Assembly: GCA_900088475.1 (NCBI GenBank)
Contig: FLMG01001180.1
Location: forward strand, 1-43,191
Direction: 5' to 3'
Source: Hyphochytrium catenoides
Taxonomy: Eukaryota; Protista; Hyphochytriomycota
DNA length: 43,191 bases
The position numbers and the translations under genes were made by a program. Positions 22,256-34,420 of this stretch are shown here, one piece after another. The notes under the pieces were generated by a model. That model saw only the letters and a list, made by a program, of their open reading frames with translations. It was not told where the DNA came from and ran no database searches. The first letter of the stretch is position 1. Each line of letters opens with the position of its first letter.

Positions 22256-25200
22256 CTACATGTCTGGAGAGGGCTTTGAGGTCTTGTTTCCCTTGTCGTA
22301 ACCTCCACGAGAACCTTTGTCAAAGCCTGAATAACCATGGTACTGGTGTGGGAAAGGCTGTGGCGCACCCCAAGAGCCGCCCCAATATCCTTGCTGTTGA
22401 GTGCCATAGCTGCCAGAAGGGAAGCCTGGCGGAGAAGCCTGTGAAGGCAATCCCGATGATAAGTCAGAGCCTGCTGTCCCTGTCCCAGTTGTTCCCGATG
22501 AAGCGGTAGACGATCCACTTTGTCCAGCCTGCCCCTTGCTTCCCCCTTGTTGGGATGGGTGAGGATGCTGGTGCAGATAGCCCATATCGTTGCCGAATCC
22601 TGGTACTCCATACTGGGGCAGTGCTTCGTAGCCAGCCGGGAACGCGCTACCACTATAGCAGCCAGATAGAGTTAAGAGAGAGAGTGGCGGGATAGAGAGA
22701 CGACGAAGAAGACCAAGCGAGGTTCAGCGAGCAGGAAGTTCAGTTAGCCGTGCTTCTACGGCGGATACTACTCTCAAAGCCCATACCTTGGGTTCGAGTA
22801 TGAAGGATCCACATAGCCCATACTACCGCGAGGAGGGTTCTGGTACATTCCACCCCTTGGGTGATTGTACGGTGCAAATCCCTACGGAGAACACAAGGGC
22901 AGCGATCTTCTTTAGATTAATTGGACAATGGATGACGATCTCCCTCAGAACAAAAGTCGCGTAGCCCATAGTTTCCATGTTTCTCGGGAAGATCAAAACG
23001 ACACAAAGAAGACCACATCAACACCGTGACTTACTTGCGGAGTCTGATAGTAGCCATAATTCCCTTGATAGTTGTACCCATAGTTATACATGTTGTATGG
23101 CGCCATGCCAGGGGGTGGCGGTGGAAGATACTGCTGCTGGTAGAGATGAGCCTGACTCGTGCTCGTAGATTGTCCAGAGGAGCTCGTGGAGCTCTGAGAC
23201 GTAATGCTGTCAGCTCCAGCTGTCGAAGATCCTGTTCGGGTACCCTTGCTGTGGGGCTCAGGTTGTGGCGGGTAGGGATGAGGGTAGAGCGCCTGCACAG
23301 CACATGAATCAGTGAGATAAAGATGATGGATACAAGCAAACACAGCACCAAAGAGTAAGTAAGGCAAAGCACCAAGAGCTCTTGCGGAGAAAACCAGTAG
23401 AGGGTCATTCTTGTGATAGTGGCGATCCAGAACCAAGCGGTATATTAATAGCAAGTCCTACATTGTACGGGTACTGCTGGTAGGCAGGGTCCAGTGGCTG
23501 GCGGAACTGCTGATGGTCCTTGTGCCCTCTCTCCTAAGGCCAGAACGATCTAAGCCATTTCTATATAAGAGAATAACGGGTACGGCTGTCCTTACCTTAT
23601 GGTGAGAGGTTCCCTCCTTTCTTCCATCACCTTGATCCAACTTGCTGGCTGCCGGATTCATGCCGAAGCCTGACAATCCTGGAGGTGCATTGGTCGTCTT
23701 CTTTTGTGCAGACTGCTGGAGTGGCCTTGTCACACCGACAGGGGTCGAAAGGGTCTCCTTCTGCATCTGTGAAGCCTGGGACGGTGCCTCCGCCTTGGCA
23801 CTACCCCAGCCGCTAGAGGAAGAGACAACAGGGGCGGCACCCCATGTCCCGGAAGCAGGAAGCGACGGAGACAAGGAAGTATCCTCAAGGCTAAAGCTGC
23901 CAAACTCCAATACTGGTGCCTCCAAGCTCTCTGACGTGCCCAGGCTGTCCCACTTGCCCATCTTCAGGAACTGTTTGGGGCTGTTGGCATGCAGCTGCTG
24001 GCTCTGTGGAGCCTTGGGTGACTCAGGCTTCTGAATAGGGCTGCGATGAGGGCTATTACTTTTGTCCGCTTCCTTCCTGACTGCCTGGACGGCCAGGGGA
24101 GAGGCTGTCTTCGGAGAACTAACCACCTCTGGCTTTGGCGCCCCAACCTTTCTGGGACTTTCCACCTTTACTCCCCAAGAAGTCTGAGCAGAAGGCGCTG
24201 ATGTCAAGGTAGCCTTCTTAGGTGACGCAGGAGCAACCCCCCATCCTGACTGAGCCGCAGATGCAGGTGCTTGGCCCCACCCAGTAGGCTTCGAAACAGT
24301 GTTAGCCTTAGGCGCCTCGCCCCAGCCTGTTGATGCCGTACTTGGCTTCTCTGCTCCCCAACCGGTTGCTTGTGGCACTGGTGAAGGCGTGGTTGCCTTT
24401 TCCTTTGAACCCCAAGCTGACGTTGACGCAGGCGCAGGAGAGGGAGTCGTTTCTTTGGCTGCCCAGGTAGAGCTTCCCCCAAGACTTGAAGGCTGTTCTT
24501 TAGACTCTCCCCAGCCCGGAGGAGGAGGAGGAGTGCTCTTGTCCTTGACGCCCCACGCAGACGCTTGACTTGCCGCGGAAACACTCTTTTCCGTGGTACC
24601 CCAGCCAGAGGGCTGTGGTGCCTTATCTTTAACTGTCCACGCGGAGGGTTGAGCAAGAGGCGTTGACTGTGTGGTTGTTGAAGCTGGAGCCCTATCACTC
24701 CAAGCGCCCTCAGGCGCGTCGTCCTTCTTCACTCCCCACGCATTCGCTGGCTCCACGTGTGCCGTTCTCTTGGGCGAACCGCTCGTTGCCCACCCCGTCG
24801 GCTCTGACTTAACGCCCCAGTCTGCCTTCTTACCAGTCTCCGCAGCTCCCGGACCCCAAGCCGTCCCTGCAGTGTCTCTGTTAGCGACTGGCTCCGCAGG
24901 TTCCACCGTTGCAGGTGACTTCTTAGAAGGAGAACTTGTACCCCAGGTAGCTCCAGCCTTTGCGGGCCAATCAGCAGTTTGGCCCTTGGAGGGGCTCGCA
25001 GGAGCCTTCTGGTTCCATCCAGCTTGCGCCTTCTCACGCTTCGGAGAGCTAGGGTGCTTGATGGCCGCGTCTTCCGATGCATCATTTAGAGTTTCTGAAG
25101 GGGCAGGAACGGGCTTTGACAGATGGGGAGCACCTCTCGCCCATGCGTTCACTACTCTTCTGGGTTGTGTCTCTGCAGCATTAGTAGACGAAGTTGCTGT

Positions 25201-26016
25201 TTCAGCACCTCCATTTTCATCGGAACTCCGACTTGGAATGGTCTCATGGTCCGCGGTAGTCGTAGACCATCCAGACGAGACCGCTGCCTCAGCTTTAGGT
25301 CTTTGCTGAGGAGCTTGACGGCCTGTTGGCCCTATTGAAGTTCCCCTACCAGTGGAATCTAAGTGTGGTGTGCCATTTTCTCTTTGTGTAGGCCTTCCCC
25401 CGCCTCTTCCACCAGCAGGCGGCGCACTGCGACCACGCCCTCTGCCACCGCCAAGACCTCCTGGACCTCCTCTTCCTCTGCCGCCTCCCAATGGCCCCGC
25501 TGGCGCATCCTTCGTCTCCTACTCAGCGGCCATGAAAGAATTATCATCTCAGTACTTTACCAACAGCCAAAGCCGATGCAATAAAGTTTACCTTCTTTTT
25601 CCCTTTTTTCTTGACAACGGGGGCCCAGTCATCTTCTACATTGCCCCTGTGATCTATTCCAGACAAATAAACTCGTCAATCCAGCCTATGCTTTAGCGGT
25701 GCAGGCATGAATGAGTGGTTGTACTAACCTTCCCATAACTCACTGATAGCTCTCTCTATCCTAGCTTTGTCACCTCCAAACTGCTTCACATACCCTTCAA
25801 CAACCCTGGGTGACGTTCCAGATGGACATATTTCAAGATAACCAGCGACCTAGAGACAGAGGCATATGAGCGCGCGTTACCACATCTAATAGATTCAGAA
25901 CTCACCTCCTTCGATAGCTTGCCCGTCGCCCGCTCATCTGGACCGCTTTTATTTATGTCACTTGTGAGTTGCTGCACATGAAGCCCTCGGCGGATGAGCT
26001 CTTGCTGTTCAGACAT
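22256..26016 (-). CDS. UBAP2/Lingerer/Def1/GIP1-like low-complexity RNA-granule protein with a GW/WG-rich central region, multi-exon
   Basis: Spliced N-terminus MSEQQELIRR...VAGYLEICPSGTSPRVVEGYVKQFGGDKARIERAISELWE (UBA/CUE-like) then DDWAPVVKKKGKKK, RGG box (GGGRGRGG...GGRGRGR), about 500 aa S/T/P/A/K-rich region with regularly spaced Trp, LEFGSF motif, and Q/Y/P/G-rich C-terminal exons ending KPSPDM-stop. Introns have GT-AG ends and keep frame where I checked. Confidence 0.8.
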
Positions 26017-27809
26017 TGTGTTTGATGATGGTACGTGAATCTATATGATATAATTTGCCTCTTTGTGGCAACGATCTACCCGCATCCACAACCTGCAATA
26101 AGTATTTCACTTAGTCCCAGCAGTTAGTGCCTCCGATTCTCCAAGATACTCACCAGAATATAACCCTTACGCGCAGACTGTCCTATGCTCAGAGGTCTTC
26201 GCCCTGACAAGATAACAGGTTAGCTTGAACCAGGAGCCTTGGAAAGGCGGGCTCCGTCCTAACTCTTTCCTTTTCCAGCTCCTTTCGTGTCTCTTGATTG
26301 CACCCTGGCAGCTCAGATGCAAGAAGAAGACTCTATTATTAGCCTGTCCGCAGCTTCAGAGCTGGGCATTGGCGGAGGCGGCAGAGGAGAGGTCAAGCGG
26401 GCGGCTGTGCGTTGGCTTCCCTTGCGCACAATTTCCCATTCAAAGACCATGCCTACATTTAGTAGGAGAAGAATACTGCGCACTCCGTACCACAGTCCAT
26501 GTCTCTACCTTAGGATATCCGCACGTACACAGAATACAAGAAGGGAGGTGGAGGAATGCACGTTAGCGGCCGTTAGGATGGGTAGGTGATCCATGAGTCC
26601 GTGATCTTGCGAATGACCGTGATGGTTCTGATTATAGCAGCTAGATTGCGTACATGCTACAAAGACGTGTTTATTGATCTGCAGATAGCGGAACTTGACT
26701 TTTGCTCACGCTTGATGTTCTCATAATTCCACGTAACTGCGGAGTATTCGCAGTGCTTCACAGTAGTTCCCTCACAACTCTGTTTTTGAGAGCCCACCCA
26801 CCAGAACGTTTGGCCCTCAGGGGTAGAGAGGGTACCGCCCAGCATCCGGGAGAGTCTACATACAGTAGAACGATAGGGAGGAGCCTCTGGTTACCGTGTA
26901 TCTTGGTGTGGTGGGAGAACATCTCCCCCTCATTCCCTCCTTCTGAGCAGAAAGGTTACCCTCTCACACCACTGACGACCGCTGATGAAGTGGAGACTGC
27001 GATGATTTCTTCTCCTGCCTCCTCGATGATCCACAGACAGCCGCCTTATTACTTCCTGTTGAAGCTCCAGCGCAAGAAGGTAGGTGACCGAGTGGGCTGG
27101 GCTTCCGTGTCTCTTCATGGTCGCACTGCATAGTCTCAAAGCTTCTTGTAAGGGGGACAGAGGCAGCAGTCCACCAAGAATCACTCTCTAATAGTCAGAC
27201 GAGTTGGAGGTAAAGCTGCTGAAGAGGAGAATGCTTCAGATGCTGAAGTGGAATAATTGTGACAAGGATGGCCGGGTGTTGCCGTGCAATGTGGTTGGTT
27301 TGTCAGTGCCTTATCTATCTAGGAGAGTGCTGTCAACAAAAGGCACCGGTAATATCTTAATAAGAAGGATGCTATTGAGAAGCTCATGCTATCAGAAAGA
27401 GCGTAAGAAAAACCGATGCAAACAAGAGACGAGAAAAACGAACACGAAGAACAGACGAGTCAGGAAAGAGGTGCCATAAGGACAAGGAAGGCGAGCTGAA
27501 CCCAACTGGTGAAGACAATACGAAGAATGCTAAGAGTTGCAACAATAATTGACAGCTGCGTCTTGTTCCTCGTGGAGCCTCATGAGAGAAGTCCTCCCTA
27601 GTAATACGCCTCTCTCTAGTTTGCATGGGGAGAGGGAGAGTAAAGGGAGATGGCGTCAGCTTCAGATCTTTTTTCATCGTTGTTTGCATGCGGTCAAACG
27701 GCAACAGCGAAGGCTGTAGAAAGTATGAGTCTGAAGACTCTCGATCGAACAAGTCCTAGAGCTTCTTCGTGAGAAAAGCTGGGAATGTTGCTATCAAGAC
27801 TTGCTTGCT

Positions 27810-29206
27810 TTAGTTCCCAGTAGGGCGACGGCCTCCTTTTTTCTTCTTTAAGAAGCGCTCCACTTCTTCCCAAGCTTCACTATCTTGTTCGGGGATGCTC
27901 GTTTCTTCCTTCTCTTTATTCTGATGCTCGTAGTTTGACCACTGCAACTCTCTTTGCCTCTGCCCCATTCTCTGCGAGGACTAGGACCCTCTCCTCTTCG
28001 CAGTTGCGCCAGGTAGATTCTTTCTAATAGATGCTGTATCCTCTAATAGTGCTCCACGTCATGTTAAGTTACGAATGAGGTAGCCACACCCGCGCGGGGG
28101 CACGAGCTGTCCGGCTTACCCTATGGATATACGTTACCATGGGCTGGGATGTCGAGGTTGAGAACTACGTCGACTGAAGGGATGTCAGTCCTCGACTGAA
28201 TAACGACTTCACTAGCAATGAGGATATTATGCTGCTTCGCTTTGCACTTATTTAGTGCGCCAAGCTGCTTGGGTTGCGTCATCTGTCCATGGAGGCAGAT
28301 GGCCCCAAAGCCCAGACAACGCAGCAGAATGGCTATTCTCTGGGAATTGTTGCAGGTAGCACCAAATATGAGTACTGCTTGTCCCTCGAACTCGTTAAAA
28401 ATAGAAGCCAAGTAGCAGCAGTCCTTGTACTTTGGGGCCGGGATAAATATTACTGCTGCACCGAAGCCTCCGGAGATGTGAACTTGTGGCTGATCTCTAC
28501 TTTAACAAGATCGATGAGTGAGTGAGGCTCGTTGGAGCTTTGCCATTGTGGCACTGAAGAGATAGGTATTCAGCTCCTTTGGGACGGATAAACCTTAGAG
28601 TATTGTTTATCTCTTCCAGTCCATACTTAGCATTCGGTCTGCCTCGTCCAGAACAAGGCATTCGATACTTCTTAGGGAGAATCCCTAACAAACGGCGACG
28701 AGGTAATTAACTCATCTTCTGCTGTACTTCTCCAAATCTCTTGGGGCTTGCCTCACCTTTGTTTTCGAGGTGGTCGACCAAACGCCCATGAGTGGCAATG
28801 ACAACTTGAGCTTTTTTGGCGAGGGCGACGGCCTGCTATGCCATCATCATATCTATGCCTCCTACTACGCAGGCACATTTAACCCCAATAACTGCTCCCA
28901 TGCTTCAACTTGCCCAGAGCTCTCTTTCTAAAGTCAAACAATTCTCTCGTCGGGGCAAGCATGACGGCATAAACAGCTGGGGGTTTCTTCAGTATGTTCC
29001 GGGATCAGGATTGCAAAGTCCCCGGGTTTTCCCGATCCAGTTCCGGCAACACGTCCAATGATGTCTCTCTCTTCCACTCCAGCTAGAATGCATTTTGCTG
29101 GATCTTGGTCGGGCGCGCCCACCCAAGGGCTGGTGCTGCCTCACAGGTAGAATCATGACAACCTAAGCTTGGATGTGGCAGGTTCTTCTTCCTTACTGCC
29201 CGTCAT
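27810..29206 (-). pseudogene. DDX47: DEAD-box RNA helicase DDX47/RRP3 pseudogene (non-processed)
   Basis: Fragments across frames: LGWARPTKIQ, RDIIG..GTGSGK, LAPTREL, IATHGRLVDHLENK | intron GTGAGG...TGTTAG | GFSLRSIECLVLDEADRMLSMD, TYLFSATM, LHGQMTQPKQLGALNK, DIPSVDVVLN, YIHRVSRTARA, SFVT*HDVEHY*RI. Multiple frameshifts and stops. 3' end approximate. Confidence 0.9.
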
Positions 29207-29851
29207 TGTACACCATTTAAACTTATGACCACGCTACGCACTACAGGTCGGCGAAGTAGGGCGGGTCACTAGTCGATGTCCTCTAGGTCTCTCTCCTGCT
29301 TTGGTAAATGTGGGTACCCCCAACATGCCTCTATTATATCCTGAAAAATGGCGGTAGTGACCTGTGGGAGTAAGGTGTTCGTCTCATGTTCATCGCTACC
29401 GTTCATCGCTACCGATTTGTCGACCATCCTAACTGGTATAAGTTCATAGTAAGGTATCCTTGCTTCCCCGTTCTCTATAACTATCTCTACTCGCCCATGT
29501 ACTTGTTTAATCCTCTTTACTCTACTCAATGAGACGGAGGGACAAAGCATCCTCCTCATATTTTGTAGAGCAACGCACCAGGCTTGCCAAGTGTCCCAAA
29601 CCACCTTCAACGAGGCAGCGTTGCTTGCCAGGAACCATCTGAGCATCTGTAGAGTTGCATGCGTTTTCAGCTCTGTGTCAATGGAGGAGAGACCTCAACC
29701 CCTCCCGAATTGCTGCTTCCGAGCCGGCGCGCTAACACTCGGCTGGGTGAAGCACTGGACGCATGATGTGTCCTATGGCGCTGAACTTTCATGGACACAA
29801 AGCTGCCAGGGAATGAGTTTATGAGCCAAAACGGCATTGTAAGTCTTCCCT

Positions 29852-32800
29852 TCACATGCTGTTTATCTCGCCGACAATGTGAATCTTATGCCCAGGATAA
29901 AGTGCACAGAGAGACTTCTCCATCTGCGACGACGTCGGTGGCAGTAAGAGGAGCCGAGTGAGTCAGAACATGAGTCAAGGGCATTGCAACCATGTACCAC
30001 ATTACCTTCTTCCTTAACGAGAGAGTAGCCTCCTTCATCATCGCCATTTTGGGGAATGTCTGTCAACCGGAAGAACGTAGGCGGGTTAGTTTGGCTCACA
30101 AATATCGGACACGAGTAGCGATGGTGGTGACATACTCTTCCCATCTCTTCCGAGAGCTCTTCACGTTTCTTTTCGAGCTTGGCAATCATGTCCTTGAGCT
30201 TGGCTATGTGGTCAACCCTCTGTTGCAGTGAGTTTACAGTCCGGTCTAGGTACCTGATGTGAGGACACTGTTAAAAACATGTTATCGGTCTGACCCATCA
30301 AGTATGGCTCCCTTAGTCCACAGTCCTCTCTTCCAGTGCAGTACCATTCCTCCCATCTAGACTGAATATTTGGTGGAGGGTCTGTCCAAGGCCTACAAAA
30401 AGAAAAGCTATGCACTTACTTGCCAGAGTGCTGGATCATTACTAAGTGCGTCAGTCTCGGAGATGCCAAGAGACGCAAGGTGTTTTCAACGGCCGTCTTC
30501 AGTCCGGCAACGCTGGTGGCGGTCTGCTGCTGCATGACAGCTAAAAGAGCCACGTGGTAATGATCAATGAGACCACCGATGGCCGAACACATAATCGGTA
30601 AAGCAAGAAGGAGCCGTCGGAGGACTGAGTCACCTGGGATATTCGTGAGGCCAGCAAATCCTTCGTCCGATCGAAGTTCCGCAATCCTCTACGTTCCACC
30701 TGTCAGTCGCATTGTCTCCTACATCTATCGTGAGGTAATGCACCTATCTACTCCACCTGATCTAAAAAAGCTTGTAATTCCAGGAGATCATTCTCAAGTT
30801 TTGTGCGCACATCCTGACTTGAGAGAAGCTTCATACACGTCAGCGCGTCGTCTGTGGTCTCCCTCAATTCGATCTCTGGGTTTCCCTATTGAGTGTCAGC
30901 ATTAGGATCCTACAACTCCACTTAAATTTGACTACAGATGCACCATCCCCATGGTCAAAAAGATAGAACTGCATATGACCCACCTTGTCGTCCCAAGCGA
31001 TACTAGCGCCGTCTCCTTCCCAGCTAATTTCTACTGGCTCGCCTTCCGCTGGATCTACATCCCAGTTGACTCCATCGGTCGCTGAGGTCGAGAGCTCTCC
31101 AGCCAAGGCTGGCGCCTCTCCACTATCCGCTGGTTGCTCTGTGTCCCAGTTTATATCAACTGCCATGAGAAAGAGCGTTAGCCTGAGAAGGCACCAGGGT
31201 GAGATAACAACTTTGGAACGACCGGCAGCAGATGGATCGGTGTCCCAGCAGATAGCTCCGTTGTCCCCGCCCCAGTCCACTCCAGCTTGCTCTTCGGCAT
31301 CGTTTCTATTATCGTCGGGATCAAGGTTGGGAACCTTCACCTCAAGGCTACCCTTGTCAAGATCTAGAAACTGCTTTAAGGTCTCCAAGAGCTAATGAAT
31401 CACAGGGGAGTCGGTTATGAGACGAGGCACGGGGCAGGAAAAGCAGATTCAAACTTCACCGGCTCAATCGCTTTCTGGTTCTTTTGTGATGACTCCTTTT
31501 GTCCTCCTTTGCTCTTTGACTGGCATATGGGATTCATGATAGAGCGTAGAGATGAAAGAAGGAGATCTTCAGTTCGCGGGTTAACAGTGAATACCAGGCG
31601 GGATACTAGCTCTAAGCCTGAGAGACAAAACAAATGCAATCTACGAAGGACCAAGGAGATGGAGCAAAGACAATAGCATGAGGAGTGCCATACCACAGGC
31701 TCAATATCCCTGAGAAATGTCACGAAAGCTTCGTGATACTGAGCTGCATCTCTGACTCCTTCAAGCTTCACTGAGTCGACTATCTCTTCATATGCCGAGG
31801 GTAAATCCGCCGCGGTAGCCAACAGTTCGCGGCGAAAGTTCTTCCCCTTCATAGATGCCCAGATAAAGGGAGCAGCGATGGATCACAGACAAGAATGGTC
31901 GCACTTTAGCTTCAAAGAGATGCTCGACTCTTTCCACATCGCCCTTTGATACCTCTATTTTCAGTTCCTGGCATTGTTGGCTGAGCTTCCGTTCGTAGTC
32001 ACCGATAGTTCGTGTGTAATCCTACCATACAACGACACAAATAAATGAGCGAGGCAAATTAAAGGGGGAAAGAGCCTGGCTCGTCTAAAGCGGCAAAAGC
32101 CTTTTAGACCAAGAAGGAGCAACCAGCTGAGCATGGAGCAGAGCAGTTAATAAGAAACGAAGTCAATGGCATGACGAGATAGGAAGGCGAAGAGTTCAAT
32201 GCCGAAGGAGACTTCCTGCCGAAACACATTATTTGGAGTCCTCACCAATATCTTTCTATTTATCTCGCCTATCTGTTTCTCATTCTGTTGAACAGTACGC
32301 TTCATAGCCGGCCTGTAGACATTTTGCATAGATTGCTCTGTGAGGACTCCTCCTTTGGCCGCGAGAAAATAGCAAACACAGAGAACAATGAAGAATGGGT
32401 ATAGATGAGGAACATCTTCATGAAGGAGAGAGTGCCGTCATGAAGCATAAGAGTGCCTAAGAAACTTGCAATGTCGTTCAGGTGACTGGATGGCTTACAT
32501 TTCGTATGAAGCATTTTGGATGAGGACTCTGGCCGCTTCGCCGAGATACACATTATCCTTCTCATAGGCTTTGATGACAGCAGCCCAAGTTCTCATCACG
32601 GCTGAAGAGTACTATGAACAAGCGAAACAATCAGTTGCTAAGAACCTCGTGTGCAACTCCTCAAAGACCCATTCACCTGCCCAAAGAAAGTCTTCCCTTC
32701 GCCCTCTCCTGAATTCTCCAGCACCTCCATTATGGTTTTACACCTATAGTAATCAATGACTGCGCCAGAGAGAAAGTTGGAAAATGGCTGTGAGAGATAA

Positions 32801-33196
32801 AGACTGGGGAACCAGGGGCTGGAGCCAGACAGGAGAAGCACTAGAAGAACAACAAAAAGATGAGAGTCTTCCCCCCAGTCTTGGATAATCAACTGTTTAG
32901 TAGTAAACGTTGCGAAGGTTCCTCACATGCTCCCTTCACTAGCTCATTGATCTCCACCCTGTCTGGCATCTGCGTAACTCCTTCATTTATCTTCTGACGA
33001 ATATCACGGATCCTCTCGGGCCATTTGGCGGGCAGCTTCTTTCGTTCTACAAGCCAATCTACACTTCCATTGAGTAAGTAGTCCCGCGGCTTGTAAAAGG
33101 AGAGGACATACCTATAAGCTTTGCATAGTTCACGTCTATGGTCACTGCCTCCAGCGGTTTGTTGGGTCCACCGCCGCCCCTAGAAAGGCCATACAT
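29852..33196 (-). CDS. CDK5RAP3: CDK5RAP3 / C53 (DUF773), UFMylation and ER-phagy adaptor, multi-exon
   Basis: Spliced: VTIDVNYAKLIDWLVERKKLPAKW, IDYYRCKTIMEVL, KTFFGQYSSAVMRTW, AYEKDNVYLGEAARVLIQNASYEIPAMKR, GKNFRRELL, acidic linker with W-D/W-G motifs, YLDRTVNSLQQ and terminal KIHIVGEINSM-stop, all matching the family pattern. Confidence 0.92.
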
Positions 33197-34420
33197 TTTT
33201 CCTTACACCAAATCCTTCAGGGTGGTCAAGCAAATAGCTAGAGCTGCCAACTGCGCTTTACACCCAGACCGCGTCAAGGTCCTTGAGTGATTCTTTGCGA
33301 TAGACCCTGCTCACCGAGCAAGAAGCCAAGGTCTCGAAAGCCTCAAGCTTGACAAATGTGGCTCTAGCCTAGTCGCTTTGCTCCTTGAGGGAGACGAACG
33401 ACGGCACACGCTGTTGCCGGTAAATCCCCTTGCCGCAGAGGTGCCTGGGAAGGGTTCTGCAGCGTTTTACTTGCCGCTCTCGCAGGTTCTGAGGTGAAGT
33501 GGAGCTTATTACTTCAGACGTACTTGCATTGTACAACTCTTTGGATCATTTAACAAGCAGTACAGCGGACTACAGACCAAATTCTGTCATCCCTCATCAT
33601 CCATCACCCAGATCATCATCTCTATAAGAACCATCATCACGACCTTTGAAGAGGGCTGAGGTTTGCCCTCCTCTGTCATATCTATGGGCACCCCAAATGA
33701 TGATAGATGCGGATTGCCAGAGCTGTCGCTTGGATGCTACGGGTCTGCCGGCTATCTGACAACACAGACCAGGGCCAACCCGTTGTCAGGCTCCTTCATA
33801 GTGACGCTTAGTAAAAGTTCATTTCCTGCCGGTGCTGTCTGCCACATCGTGCCTTGCCCCACCACCAGCACTTGCAACTCATTCTGCTTCCTTACTGGCT
33901 TCCTTTTGCTAAAGGGAGTAACTTATGTGCATGATCGAAGAAGAAAACAGGCTCATTGACAATCAGCAGAATGCAGAGCAGCAATGGTTGAGCTCGCTGG
34001 TCTTCTTACAGCTTTCAAGCTGTGCCATTCTCAATCTGTCGATACATTCATCCTCTTGTGGAGCATATGCATTCCAACGCGATAGGAATATGTTCCTTGT
34101 GCCTTTGAGGCCATCCAATACTCACGTAGACACGGAGAGAGGGAGAACAATCTTCCCTCACAGCTAGCTGTTCCGTCTTTGAATAGGTCTTCCGAGGATT
34201 GCCTTAGCGCTACTTTTACTTCTTTTCTCTTCGTTCGGGCGATCTACCCGTCCGCGTCCGCTCCGCATAAAGCACAAATTTAGCAAGGTTCAAACAAGAG
34301 CTAGGAGAAATCTTATGCTATAGAGTCTGCGCTGCGTGTGCAAGCGGCTTCTGAAAGTGCTTCGCCTCTCGGCACAGTACCGACAGAGGTGATTGTTCTT
34401 TTCAGTAAGAGCGAATGAGG

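Noticed and set aside
23642-25696. Long plus-strand ORFs (130, 212, 114 aa)
   Set aside because: Antisense shadows of the GC-rich low-complexity minus-strand gene.
29269-29646. 125-aa minus-strand ORF with LSRVKRIK..VEIVI, faintly like the ADAT3 N-terminus
   Set aside because: No deaminase motif, and a 13-bp tandem duplication (29388-29413) inside it points to non-coding or decayed sequence.
9259-33196. CDK5RAP1 and CDK5RAP3 in the same window as a functional cluster
   Set aside because: The shared name is historical; the proteins are unrelated (tRNA methylthiotransferase versus UFM1/ATG8 adaptor).
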